Source of the DNA: Camelus ferus
Taxonomy: Eukaryota
DNA: 64,000 nt
Direction of reading: 5' to 3'
NCBI RefSeq assembly: GCF_009834535.1
Contig: NC_045696.1
Location: 19,098,001 to 19,162,000 of the forward strand
Part shown: one piece after another, positions 12,640 through 25,050 of the stretch
How positions within the stretch are numbered: the first letter of the stretch is position 1
Layout of the letters: every line of letters starts with the position of its first letter
Made by a program: the position numbers and the translations under genes
Notes under the pieces: generated by a model
What the model was told of the DNA's origin: nothing
Seen by the model: only the letters and a program-made list of their open reading frames with translations
Databases searched by the model: none

Positions 12640-13172
12640 CTCCCTCCATAGCAATATTATTACAAAATTAGCAGCTTAAAGCAACACACACTTATTGCCT
12701 CACAGTTTCTGTTGGTCAGTAGTTAGGCCATGACCTTAGTGGATCTTCTGATTCAGTGTCTCACATCACAAGGCTGCAGTCAGGTGCTGGCCGGGGCTAA
12801 GGTCTCATCTGAAGCTCAGCTGAGGAAGGACCTGCCTCCCAGCTTGCATGGTCGCCGGTAGCACCTAGTTCCTTGTGGACTGTGAAACTGAGGGTTTCAG
12901 TTTCTTGCTGGCTATCAGCAGAGGCTGTCCTCAGTCCCTGGCCAGGAAGCCTTCCCAACCTTCCCTTCTGCTTCCCTAAAGCTGGTGAGGGACAGAGAGT
13001 CTCTTTGCAGGAAGAGCATTACACATAATCACATACATCCTGTTGCCTTTGGAATATTTTACTGGTTAGAAATGAATCACAGGCTTCATATACAAGGGGA
13101 GAGGACCACACAAGAACTTTAATACTAGAAGGCAGGATCACAGGGTTACCAGAGGGTCTGTCTGCTTTACTG
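12640..13172 (-). mobile_element. MaLR LTR, MLT1E-like, apparently inside an antisense MIR (flanks ~12595 and ~13180-13330)
   Basis: cagcttaaagcaacacacacttatt...ctcacagtttctg...acaaggctgcagtcaggtg...ctcatctgaagctc...agttccttgtggactgtgaaactgaggg...caaggggagagga. Confidence 0.8.
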
Positions 13173-13689
13173 CTATTCTAAGCAATTTAATTGTATTAAG
13201 TTGACTTTTTATCCCCATATTAAAGATAAGAAAATTCTATCACAGAGAGTGTAAATAACCAGCCCAATTCCACCCCATTAGCTGTGTTAGAAGGGAGGCA
13301 GTCTGCACCTCATTTCTAGTCCCTTAATAACTTCACTGTACTGATTAGACCATTTTATAGGTAAACAGTGACCTGAAGGTTTTAGAAATTTAGTTTTATG
13401 ACAAAATTAAATAAAAAACGATTTGAGAAAAAAAATAAAGTTTTGGTGAAATGATAGATTCACATGAAAACTAGGCATTTTTATTAACTCCAAATCATAG
13501 GATAAGAAGATTACAGAGAGTATTAGGGCTATTCATTAAAACATGTCTGTCCTATTCAATATATTTATTAAATACATATATGTTTATTGCTATTAAGATC
13601 ATTATTTTAGGCACTGGGAATGCACTCACCAATAATTGTATCAGAAACGACTAATGTTTCCCATACTCCCGATATAATAGTAACTTTTC

Positions 13690-14110
13690 ATTTTTGCTGG
13701 ACAGCTGGGTGACAAAAAAAAAGATGGCATTTCTTATCCTTCTTGGCAATTAGCTCTGGCCATTGAGTTAATTCTGATCTGAAAGATGTCAGTGGAAATA
13801 TTATATGTAAATTCTGTAAAGTGTCTGAAAAAGAGAGAGGGCTCAGACTTTTTCTACCCCTTTCTCCCTATCACTGGCTGAAATACTGAAATGCCAGCTT
13901 CAGTTAGAGCAAACATCCTGGACCATGAGGTGGAAGCTGCATTCTGCGGATGGCACCCCCAAAACACAATAGGAGCCAGGAGTCCTGGAGGTTCATGGAA
14001 TTGCATACCTGGACTTTGCTTATGAGAGAAATAAATTGCAATTTTATTTAAGCCACTAATATTTAGGGCTTTTCCATTGGTCAAAGCAAAATCAAATTCA
14101 CACCAATACA
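13690..14110 (+). mobile_element. MaLR LTR, MLT1J-like
   Basis: catcctggaccatgaggtggaagc...ggagccaggagtcctg...tgagagaaataaa...ttatttaagccact...ccaataca. Confidence 0.75.
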
Positions 14111-15015
14111 ATAAAATAAAATGTAATAGCTGACACCTGGCATTGTTCTTACTGTGATGGAACTGTTAGTTCTCATTTACAACCTATTTTAAATAACTTT
14201 TTTTAAATCCTAGAGAAAAATCCCTGTTGATAATTTAGTACTAGAAATTATTTAAAAAGAAGTTTATATTTAGTTGATGGATTTGCATTTCATAGACATT
14301 ATTCAAAATAATACTGGCGCTGCTTCTCAGGATAGTTTATTAGAAGAGAATATGGCTTACTGGTAAATATGCTGTGAAATATTCTATAATTATATAATTA
14401 ACTATAATATGATTAACTACAAACAATTCAAGTAGATTTCCAAAAATTTAAAGCTGTTAATAATGTAAATACATTCCAGTGGATTGTATCTGTAAACTGA
14501 GCATAAAATTAATTTTATGTCAACAAATTACTATCTTTAGCAAGTTGTACAACGGATAGAGCCATATAATTGTCCAGCTTTTGAAATATGCTTTCATTCA
14601 AGTAGAGATAATGAAGATAACTAAAGAGCAATGCAAGAAAAAAATCTCACATTATCTGTTCCAGTGAATTATACTTTACAGGTGGTTGGCTGGAAAATTA
14701 GTAGGCCCTATTTTCTGTGGTAATAAATCCTAATATTTGAAGAAAGCAAGTGCAGATGGATTACCAGTTCATTGCTACTTGCCACAGTACAATGAAGATT
14801 TAATCATTATGGTGAGCAATTCGGTCTTTATACAACTGCTCTAGTGATATTTTAATACAAAATGCCGTCATTTCATTTATAATGTGGATGTCATGTTCCC
14901 TCTTAAGTTTTGCGCAATGAAGTTACTGGCATTTTGGGTAACACTGCAATTTTAAATAATTGCAGCAGTGCTTGCCTGTGAGTTATACACAAGGTTTTTG
15001 AACAGAAGAAGGGAA

Positions 15016-15234
15016 TTGTGATTATCAAATAATCATAACATGTTTTCAGTAAAAACTTATAAAACCATTTAAAAAAACAACTACATTTATGTTGTGATTA
15101 TTAAATAATCACATTTTCAGTAAAATGTATAAAACCATTTAAAAACAACTACATATATGTTGTGATTACTAAATAATCATAACATATTTTCAGTAAAAAC
15201 TTATAGAACCATTTAAAAAACAACTACATTTATG
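15016..15234. repeat. Tandem repeat, 3 copies of a 68-76 bp AT-rich unit
   Basis: Units 15016-15091, 15092-15159 and 15160-15234, each ttgtgatta..aaataatca...ttttcagtaaaa...accatttaaaaa..caactacat.tatg. Confidence 0.95.
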
Positions 15235-17149
15235 TCAAGACAAGTGAAATATCCCAAGCATGCCACGTACGGGGCTAAATGATAAGTCAGCTATTCTAAA
15301 CATTCTCCAATGTCTGATCACAGAGTTCTATTGCCCAGTTGTTCAAGACTGAATCAATTTTCAATATTTAAATGAACATTGCTTACTCTTTCAAGCAGGT
15401 GGATTTTTTCAAGCTGTAGTCAATGTCTGACTTCTTGAATTAATGAATAAAGAAATAGTTTCCTAGTTTGAAAGCCATCTTTATAGATGAAAGATTAAAA
15501 CAAATTCAGAAGAGGTTGAGATTCTTTACAAGGTTTGGCTGGGGGCCATGGAGAGAAGGAGATATTATAGAGGCATGGACCACAGCAAATATTTTCACAC
15601 CATGTATTTTACACAATATATTTTGTTAAGAAATGGAAGGTGATGTTTGTTTTGCTAAAATATATTTGTCTACCAATATAAGCTTTCTGTAATACTATGT
15701 ACCACATGAGAATATTTCACCTCTATACAGATCATAGATGAAATCCTAAAGCTGGTCATTTGGATGCTGAGCATTGCAACATCTCAAATTGAATTTTGCT
15801 TTTGCTTTCCTTCCAAAGATATCTCTCTGTATCTATCATTATCTCTCAATCCATCTTTTTGTCTCTATTTCTTTTTTTTCCCCAGCCTCCTTCTCTAATC
15901 AATATGCTTGTAAGATTTCCAGGTAATCACACAGTCTTTAAAGTTTTTTTTTTTAAATGTAAAACTACTTCCATAAATTCTTCCAAATAAAATTTTTCAT
16001 GCTGTTTGCATCCCAAAGTCCTGTTCTTCATACATCACTGTCATCTGCCTTGTGGATGTTTCTCAGGACATCTGCTGCCTATCAGAGTCATTGTCCACCT
16101 CCTCCCCCCGTTCTATTGTGTAAGGAAGTATTGAAGTCTATTTCATAACTTCACTAAAAATATAAATTCAGTACTTAATTTTCTGGGCTAGAGGACACCC
16201 CACATCTCATTGTCTATCTTTGCATCACAGATGTTGGTCTATTTGGTTACAGTATTGTTTCTTCTTCAAATGAGTTAATCAGCTGAGGCTCTTTGACTGA
16301 CAAAATCATGGCCTAGATTTATTCTTAGCACCCATTGAAACTTTTTTTTTTTAAACAGAGACTAAACATCTTTAAATCTCCCTTGACCTGTTTCTCTGTT
16401 TCATACCTAGTGTAACCATGCAAACTGATTGGCCTGGGGCATGCTTGCTTGGTTTGTTTCTGTTTTCCCAGTGTCTTTTCCAATTTAGCTTTTGAGTAAG
16501 ATTTTTATTTTAAGTAAAACAATATAACTTGTAGTTGCATTAAATCAAGGCAAGGTTGATTTTGTTCTGTATGTTTGTTCATACAGATTCTGCCATGAGC
16601 TCATCTATTAGCGATAGAGATGCATGTGCCGTGAACAGGGTTCTCAACTGAGCATGTGTTATAAAAGGTGTGTAGTCATAATCCGTCTCTCCTTTCTTCT
16701 CAGAGCTTTCCTAACTAATCATAATGTTTTTGAACATACCACACAGGTTGCTCACTGATACAACAAGCAGCTCTTAGGCTCAAGTAGTGAGAAGCAGTCA
16801 AGACCTTCCATCTTCTGGTGGTAGAGAGAGAATTATGTCACTCAACCATCCTTTCTAGTCCCTTGTCCAAGCCAATATGCCATGGTTTGTTCAGTGCTCT
16901 GTTGAGTCTTCAGGTTGTCAGTTGGTGAAAGCCAGAAGCAAATGGAAAAATTATCAATTAAATTAACATAGTATATGTGCTGGAAATAGATGATGTTTCG
17001 TTCCTGTGGAATATGAAGAGACTACTCTATAAATACGCCTTATTTATATGCCTTGTCAGTTACTATATATTCTGAACTTTTACTAGTTTACTGTTAAGTA
17101 TGCATTAATTTTTTTAAAAATCCTTAGGCAATCCTTAATCCAAAAAAGC

Positions 17150-18970
17150 TAAAGTGCAGGTTAAATGGAAAATTAAATATTAGCTTTGTTTCTGAAGAAA
17201 GCGGATGTTGAATATCTAATCTGCATAGTATCTTCATTGATATTAATCATACACCTGGGATGCCATACTGACACCACAACAACATAAAAGCTAAAAGGAA
17301 CAAGATATATTGGTTTCTGCTCTGAAAGTCAGTATTTTAAGTTTATCCTCACAAGGGACAACTTTAAAAATTTTAACCATGTGAGATACATTTGCATATC
17401 ATTTTGTGAAGCAAAAACTTTCATTTAGATCAAATGATTGATTTTGTAAATTAATTTTTCTCACTTCTTTAATTTACTACCCTGTTGCACATAGAGAAGT
17501 GAAGTGATATGTATTAATGTGTTAGTTTCTTTAGCAGAAGAACCACAGGGTGAAATGAAGCTCTTACCATCATCAGGTGCTCCAAGTAGAAAATCAATTA
17601 AGTAAATTCCAATAATGGATTGATTTTTTTAAAAATTCAATTCAGTGAATCAAAGTAAAACCTTTGGAGTTTATTCTATTAAAAATTACATGTTTGACAT
17701 TGCATTGAATGCGATGGTAAATTATAAACAATGTTAAAATTTCAGCATTGAAGCTAAAATCATTAGTTCTTGCATTAGTAATACAAATACTAGATTAAGA
17801 AACCTGTACAGGAGGAACGTACTTCAAATTCATTGTAATGAACACATCATTTTTAGTGTCCAAACAAGCATCAATATTTTCTTAATCAAAATAAAAGCTG
17901 TAGTGGTCAAAATTTCTAACTTAAAAAAAATTGAATATTGAGCTACAAATTTTTTTTGTGATGAAGGTGATGATGAATGCAAAAAGTCTCCAGCATTGCA
18001 AATATACTTTCTTTATTGTTCATTGTCACAAATTTTAGAAAGTCTTCGAAGTATTACTTATAAATCAACTTACAAGTCCCATTTACGGTTTCTAACGTTA
18101 TTGTAAATGAGTCCTCAAAATTGAGTTTTATTTTATTTTTGTAAATTATTTGTGAATCTTCAATCAAAATTTTCAATAAGTGCAGCACTCAACACTTCCA
18201 CTTTTGAAACTGTTAGGAAAATTCAATTAGTGAAAATAATGATTGCAAATAAGAAAAATCAAACTTACATCTATAAAAACAAATAAAAAGGGATTATCTA
18301 GACCTGTGGGAAGAATCATTGACTGGAGCTCCTATTTTTATCTGGAATAATTTATATTCTGTTTGGGAACTAAATGAAATTGAGAATTATTTTAGCACCT
18401 TTCTGTAACAGTGTATTCAAATGATAGAGATAACTTATTTGAGGAGTTTCATCTGAAAACCTGTTTTTTGAAAAGTGGTACCATTAATAAAGGAAAAATG
18501 ACCTACTTAACAAAATACTTAGACTGAGATACTAATATTGTCAAATAAAGTAGAATAGAGAATATCTTCTAGCAGAATTCTCTGTGAGTTTATTAAGTAT
18601 CTTAGCTCCTGTAGAAAATGATTCCTTCATTAAGCTTGTTATGGTATAGGGAGTAGTATCGTCAAAATTTTAAATTTCTTAACACGAAGAGTGTAAATGC
18701 AAAGCAGATTGTAGGTGATATTATTAAAATAAAATATATTGTTAAAAAGATATTCTTAAAAAATGCAGGTGATATAGTCTTACAAACAAAAATGACTAAT
18801 AAAATATATGATAATGTTTGCAGAATAATTATTTTGCTTATGTTATATTTTGAAGTTCAGATAACCAATATGAAGTTCTTTCTTTATTTTAGCTATGTGT
18901 ATAAATCTGCTCTATTTGTTTAAAAGACATTTTTACTAATTTTTTTAATACAACTGTAAGGTCCCAAGTA
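17150..18970 (+). mobile_element. BLACKJACK-like hAT DNA transposon, decayed transposase-coding region
   Basis: Piecewise translation gives hAT motifs: SSGAPSRKSIK*IPIM (~17570, first catalytic-D region), FSIEAKIISSCISNTNT (second-D region), IHCNEHII (CxxH, 17834-17845), VQTS...IKAVVVKI, and a dimerization-like ...LAPVEN (~18600). Many stops and frameshifts. Confidence 0.8.
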
Positions 18971-19169
18971 TAATACAAACAATTTGTCACTCAATAAAAC
19001 AATTGCAAGTAAATAAGTGAATAATTCAGTATATTATTTTAATTATTTTACCATCCTGTTCCATTCTCAATGGGTTCTAGTGTGGTCAAATTTTTTATGG
19101 TGTCTTTGTTCGTATGGATTCAGGAAATTCCTGCATCAGGAAGTCATGTTGGCTCAATTCTCAGTATCT

Positions 19170-19920
19170 GAACCCTTCTCTCCATCTCTGATGCTCCCAT
19201 CCCAAAGCCACTCTGCTCTCTCACCTAGATTTCTGCAGTAGCCCACTGACACTTCTTCCTCTTTTTATCCTTGTCCCCCTAATATCTGTTGTCCATCTAG
19301 CAGATAGAGTGTGGCTTTTTAAATGTAAATCTGTTCAAAAAATTATAAATGCCCTTTATTTCATTCATAACCTTTTCTGTGCCCTTCATGGCCCTATAAG
19401 AGTTCATCCCATTACTTCTTGGGCTTCATTATAACCTGGTCCTTGATTACTTATTTTGATCATACTGACCATTGACATCCTTGCTGTTGCTCAGATGCAA
19501 TAGATCAGCTCTATTTAAGAGCTTTGTTCTAGCTGTTCTCCCAGCAAAAATCTGGTTGATCAGCTTCTCACATCCTTCAAGTCTTCATTCAAATCTCACT
19601 CTGTCAATGGTCCCTTCTGCCCCAATCTCATCTCCCGTACACACTCTGCAGGCCAACTGCTCTTCCTCGGGCCAGAGCATGTCAGGTCCTCCTAACCCTG
19701 TTTCCTCTCATCCTGCTTCTCCTCCTCCCATTTTTCTATTGCTCTTTTCATCTTCTAATGCACCATATGATTTACTTACTTACTATATGTAACAATTATA
19801 AACTCTCACCTCTAAAGTGCCTCACGTTGGGTGGGGACTTCTGATTGTTGTTCACTAAGTCCCACGTACCTAGAACCATGCCTGCAATATGGTAGGTTCT
19901 CAGGACATGTGTGTGAAAAA
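19170..19920 (+). mobile_element. L2 (L2a-like) 3' region
   Basis: ctctctcacctagatttctgcagtagcc...tttttaaatgtaaatctg...cctagaaccatgcctgcaatatggtagg. Confidence 0.8.
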
Positions 19921-22303
19921 GTAATTCACAATTTTTGAGCATTGAGAATCAGAATTTATTATGAACATATAGTGAAACTCTTTTGGATATACAGAGATGT
20001 AGATATCTGCATATATAACCTTTATATCTGTGTATGTCTCCAAAGCCATCTTTTGTGCTATCAAATCTCAATCTGCAGTCCAAGAAAACTGATTTGGACA
20101 AAATTTAGAAAAATATCAAAACATCTTCTCCAGTTTGCAAAAGTTCATAATTCACCAATAGCAATGTGTTTAATAATGTAATAATTCAGAAGCATGGTAG
20201 AGGATTCTTCCTTTTTGATAAAAACATTACTGCACTTAACTTTGACAGTCTCAGAAATAGCTCGAAGTTGTGTCGTTGTTTGTTTGTTGTATTTTAATAA
20301 CAATTTGAAAGTTTATAATATGTGATTCAATAATTGAAAGATTTCATACAAACTATAAAAATCAGAAATAGAGCTCAGGAAACATAATGGTTCAAATTAC
20401 ATATTTTATAGTGATTTAAAATTTTTTCCTACTTGTAAATGCAGCACATCCAGATAGAGCTGTGTGTGGGGTGTGGAGAACAGAACATTTAATTACATTT
20501 TTTTCCCAAAGATTTTAGAGATTGAGTTTTAAGACTAAGTCTTCTTAATACTTTAAGCTGTTTACTATATGCATTGCTGTCACATTTGTTAAATTTCAAT
20601 TCAGAAAACATTGAAATATCTTACATACCTGAATATTCCTTCTGCATTACATGAAGAATCACACATGTGAACAACAGAAGACTTTTTTTTTATTATTAAG
20701 TGACAAAACGTATTTTACTCTTGTCTATTTGAATGCACTCCACTTTTTCTTCTGTGAATAGAATGTTCATTCCCTTGATTCAAAGTGATGGAATTACAAA
20801 AGAAAAAGTGTCCTGTAGGTTTATCTAGATATTTCCTCCCTCTCAGAAGAATTTCCCTCAGAATTAAACACAGCCCATCTACAGAACATTTGAGCATGAT
20901 GATTTAGACAAAGGAGTGAGAATATATTTTCCACTGAAAAAACTTTTTTTTCCTAATGTGAAATTATCCTGAAATATGGAGAAATTTAAAATTGAATTAA
21001 TTGTTAAATACTATAATCTACTATAATAGGAAAAGAAGTGATTATAATTAATAAAAATAGGGAAATTAGGGATATATTTAGCTACAAGCAGAGAAGAGTC
21101 TTAGGAAAGTTCTCAACTCAATACAGGTCCTTTCTTTCCTTTTCCCCTTATCATAATGTGGAGTGCTACGTTAATGCAGTTCATAAGTGTTCATTTTAAA
21201 TGGAAAAATCACAAATTTGTATTTTTATATTGGTTAGAACATAGTAATTTCAAATTCTTACATATCCAAAATATAAGAGAGAAGAATGAACTCAGTTTCT
21301 TAAGGTAGTTATTAGTGCTAAAAGTGCTCTGTTAAGTTGGAGATAGATTTGAAAGACAGGAGTTTGTGAGTTTAGGATCTGATGAGGAGAGTGGGCTTCC
21401 ACTCTGGACTGAGTCCAATGAGCAGATTTCCTTGAGCAAAGACTTCAGGTCAGTACTCACTTGAGTGGGTAAAAGTTTTGCCCAAACTATGCCAAGATGC
21501 AGAAGTTTCTTCGGCCTCATCCATCCAGATAAGTTTTAGGAGATCTCTACTGTCCATCTGCCTCCAAGTTCAAAGCAACTGGCAGAGAAGCTCTTGTCAC
21601 TCCCGACCTTGACCCTGCCCTCTGTCTCCCTTCTCTCTTGGCCCCAAAACAGCCTATTACTGTGAGAAAGATAAATTAAGGTTTAAAATTTAAATCCAGT
21701 GTAATTTCTTGACATTATTACATTTCAATCTGAAGGAAGACAAAACTCATCATTAGGAAGAAACTTCTCATTCTCAATTAAAATTTATTTTAATATGAAG
21801 TGAAGTGAAGACATATTCAAAAAAGACGCAACCTCATGGCTGGGAGCTAAAGTGAAAACTGGCTGATTGAGATAACGTATTCCTGTGGCAGAGGGAAGAT
21901 GAGTCCCTCAGCAGTCCTTGCCCTGCTTAGCATTTGGAAAAAAAAAAAAAAAGAATCTGGGGGCTGAAACATGAATTGGCTAAAGACTGACAAAGTAATA
22001 CTAAGGAATAATAAGCTTCAATACATACATACATACTACTGAGCAAAACTGCACTCACTTGGCAAATATATATCTGACATTGTCCTTATTGTCAGTCACA
22101 TCAAACACCAATAGGTACAATAATTATTTCAATTTATTTGAGTGTGTCTGTGAACTTTAAAGTGGATATAATTGCATTTTATGAAAGGACAAATGAAAAA
22201 ATAAGAAATAGTATAATAAAATTAATTTTGTTTATTCACAAGGTAATTTCTTTAATGTGATTGCAAAATCCCCTGAGGACTTCATATGTTTGATTTGATA
22301 AGA

Positions 22304-22765
22304 GTATTAGTTCCCTGGAGCTGCCATAACAAATTGCCAAAAACTGGATGGCTAAAGACAGCAGAAATTTATTCTCTCCAGTTTTTTCAGGTGGCTAGAC
22401 GTGCAAAATCAAAGTGTAGGCAGGGCCACACTCTCTGTCAAGTCTCCAAGGGCTGATCCTTCTTTTCTCTTCCTGGCTTTTGGTGTTTGCTGGTAATCCT
22501 TGACTTCCCTTGGCTTCTGGATGTGTCACTTCCATCTCTATTTCCATCTCACATGGCCTTCTCCTCTGTGTCTCTAAGTACAAATTTTCCTCTTCCTACA
22601 AGGACATTAGTCATTGAATTCAAATCTTACTCTATTACATTGTGAGCTAATCCTATCTAGATCACATCTGGGAAGACTCTATTACTAAATAAGGCTACAT
22701 TCACAGATACCTGGAGTTAGAATGTAAATATATGTTTTTGGAGACAAAATTCAATGCACAACAAC
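22304..22765 (-). mobile_element. MaLR solo LTR, MLT1C-like
   Basis: gtattagttccctggagctgccataacaaattgcc...cagaaatttattctctc...aaggacattagtcattg...aaataaggctacattcacagatacctggagttag...aattcaatgcacaaca. Confidence 0.9.
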
Positions 22766-23865
22766 AGGGAAGACAGACCAGAATGAGTAAAATGGAGAAA
22801 AATACTAAAAAGTACATTGTAGGAAGAGCTGAGAGTACACAAGCAAGAGTGGAAAAGCAGGAAAAAGATGGATATTCCAGGAAGATATGAAAGATTAAAA
22901 AAAAAGCCAAAATGAAGATGAGAATCTTAAGATTCATGGATTTCATATACATAAAGACAAGTAACAAAAGTATAAAAAAAAATAAAATCCATCTTTATTT
23001 AAACACAACCATTGAAATAGATAAGCCAGTAGGAATACACTGGTATTAGTGCCTCTGTCCAGACTTAGGTTCCCGTTACTATTAACTGAAATTTTGAGAA
23101 CCTGACCTTTCCTAATTAAAACCCAAAACAAGGGGTTGTTTACTAAAATATATTTGATTTATGAGAAATATCATCAAAATATTTTTGTTGCAAATTTAAT
23201 TGTGCTTCTTAAATTTAAAGGTATCTAAGGGACCATGGATGATATCCTTTTTCTCATCCAGCTCTGTTAATTCAGTTCATTTCAGTTAGTCTAGTGCAAA
23301 AACAGCTAATGAAAAGGTAGTGATGATGGAAAGGTAGCGATGTTTGCATACAATGAACTTCTCACTTCTTTTGTGGAAATGCAGCTGTCAATACCAATAG
23401 CAGAAGTAAGGTAACATACAGTCACAAGTTTAACTTCAAAACATAAAAGGTAGTGTAGGAGCTTGCTGGAATTTAATGCAATTTTTTCCATAAAAAAGCT
23501 TCAATGTGACATATGAAAAATATGCTATACTTCTTTAATATATTAATCTATATTAAGCTATGGATTTATAGAACTTAGTGAAATGCACTTTTTAAAAGGT
23601 TATACTAGGATTGGAAAACATGATACCATTATTCAAAATTAATTTATAAATTCTAAAGACAAATATATATATTATAAAAATATGTTAAATTTTAAGTGAA
23701 TTATTATAATAAATATTTCTCATATATCCAGAGCACTCGTGTCAAATTAATAAAATGATAATTCCTATACCACCTGATGAAAAGATACCAAATATAGAAA
23801 CATATGTATCAATATTTCAGAATATTTTATATAAATCCATATTTCTATATAAAACCATATGTACT

Positions 23866-23933
23866 TGTATATATATGTGTATGTATGTATGTGTATGTCT
23901 GTATGCGTGTGTGTGTGTTTGTGTGTGTGTGTG
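23866..23933. repeat. Compound (TA)/(TATG)/(TG) microsatellite
   Basis: Directly visible. Confidence 0.85.
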
Positions 23934-24309
23934 ACTATTTTAGCAAATATTTGGCTTCTTTTTAGAGAATCCTGTTTGCCTGTAGAGAAGAGAAGTTTTG
24001 CTTTGCTATGTATTAAAGCGCCTGCTTGAGGGGAGACAGAAAAAGCCTTTTCTTGTCCAATTGAACCTAAGACTAGATGTATGGGTACAGCAGTGTAAGT
24101 CAGGGGGGTATCAGAAGATTCATTTGCCCCATATTTAATGTTGCATTTTAACTAGTAATAAGAATAACATGGTGATTTCCATCTTTCTGACTTGGGGGTC
24201 ATTATCTCAATAGATTCTTACCTTGTGTAGAAAGAAGGGTGTAATTTCCGCATCCCCTGGAATTTCAAAAATATGTATATACATACTCAGCACAAACCCA
24301 GATACAAAG

Positions 24310-25050
24310 ATTTATCTAAAGCAGAAATCTAAGAGTTCTCCCAGAATTTTTTCTTACCTTCAAATTGATGAAGCTCATTATTCAGTCACCAAATTGTACT
24401 GATTTGCCCTCCAAAATAGATTTTTTATTGTATCACATTTTCTCCCCACTGCCATTGTTTTGGCTTAGTTTTCATCATCTGTGGTCAGACTATCAAAATT
24501 GCCTTCCTGCTTCTAGTATTTCTCTTATCCACACAGCTTACAAAATATTACCCAAATGTAGTTACGCCACCTTCCTACTTCAAATCTTTTGCTCACACCT
24601 CTACTTAAAGGATAAAGTTAAGTCCAAGCCTCCTGGAGTGATATTTGAGGAGCCTCAGAAGGCCTTCCAAACCCATCTCCCATCACTTTTCATAACTCTG
24701 TGTAGGCCTCCCACATAGAATTCCTTGCAAATGTTACACCTGGAAACTCCTTTCTCCATTAATTCATCTGTCTAATTCATATTCTCAAAACTCAAGTCGA
24801 GATGTCCACAGGCAGTGACACCGCCTCCAGTTTTCTCTCTAGGCAGAAGTATGTGCTCCGTCCCTGCTCCCATACGCCTCTATATATAGCTGGAGTTTCC
24901 ACATTTGTTATATTCTAATTATCAGCTTGCATTCTGTTCTCCTCCAGGAGACTGGTAAACAGTTGAGGCAAAGAACTATGCCTTATATAAGATCCTATTC
25001 TAAAATATAGCATGTCATATGAGGTGGCCTATATTATAAATATTTTGCAA
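24310..25050 (+). mobile_element. Old L2 fragment
   Basis: attcagtcaccaaattgtactgattt...ggataaagttaagtccaagcctcct...cacctggaaactcctttctcc...gactggtaaacagttgaggcaaagaactatg. Confidence 0.65.

Noticed and set aside
15016..15234. CRISPR-like array
   Set aside because: Contiguous repeats with no unique spacers, no cas genes, and a mammalian context.
16420..16680. CCAAT plus TATAAAA promoter
   Set aside because: The spacing (~230 bp) is atypical, there is no CpG island, and no downstream exon evidence.
21335..21455. Exon-like open stretch (…SLGSDEESGLPLWTESNEQISLSKDF) ending at CAG|gtcagt
   Set aside because: No convincing acceptor and no recognisable protein similarity.
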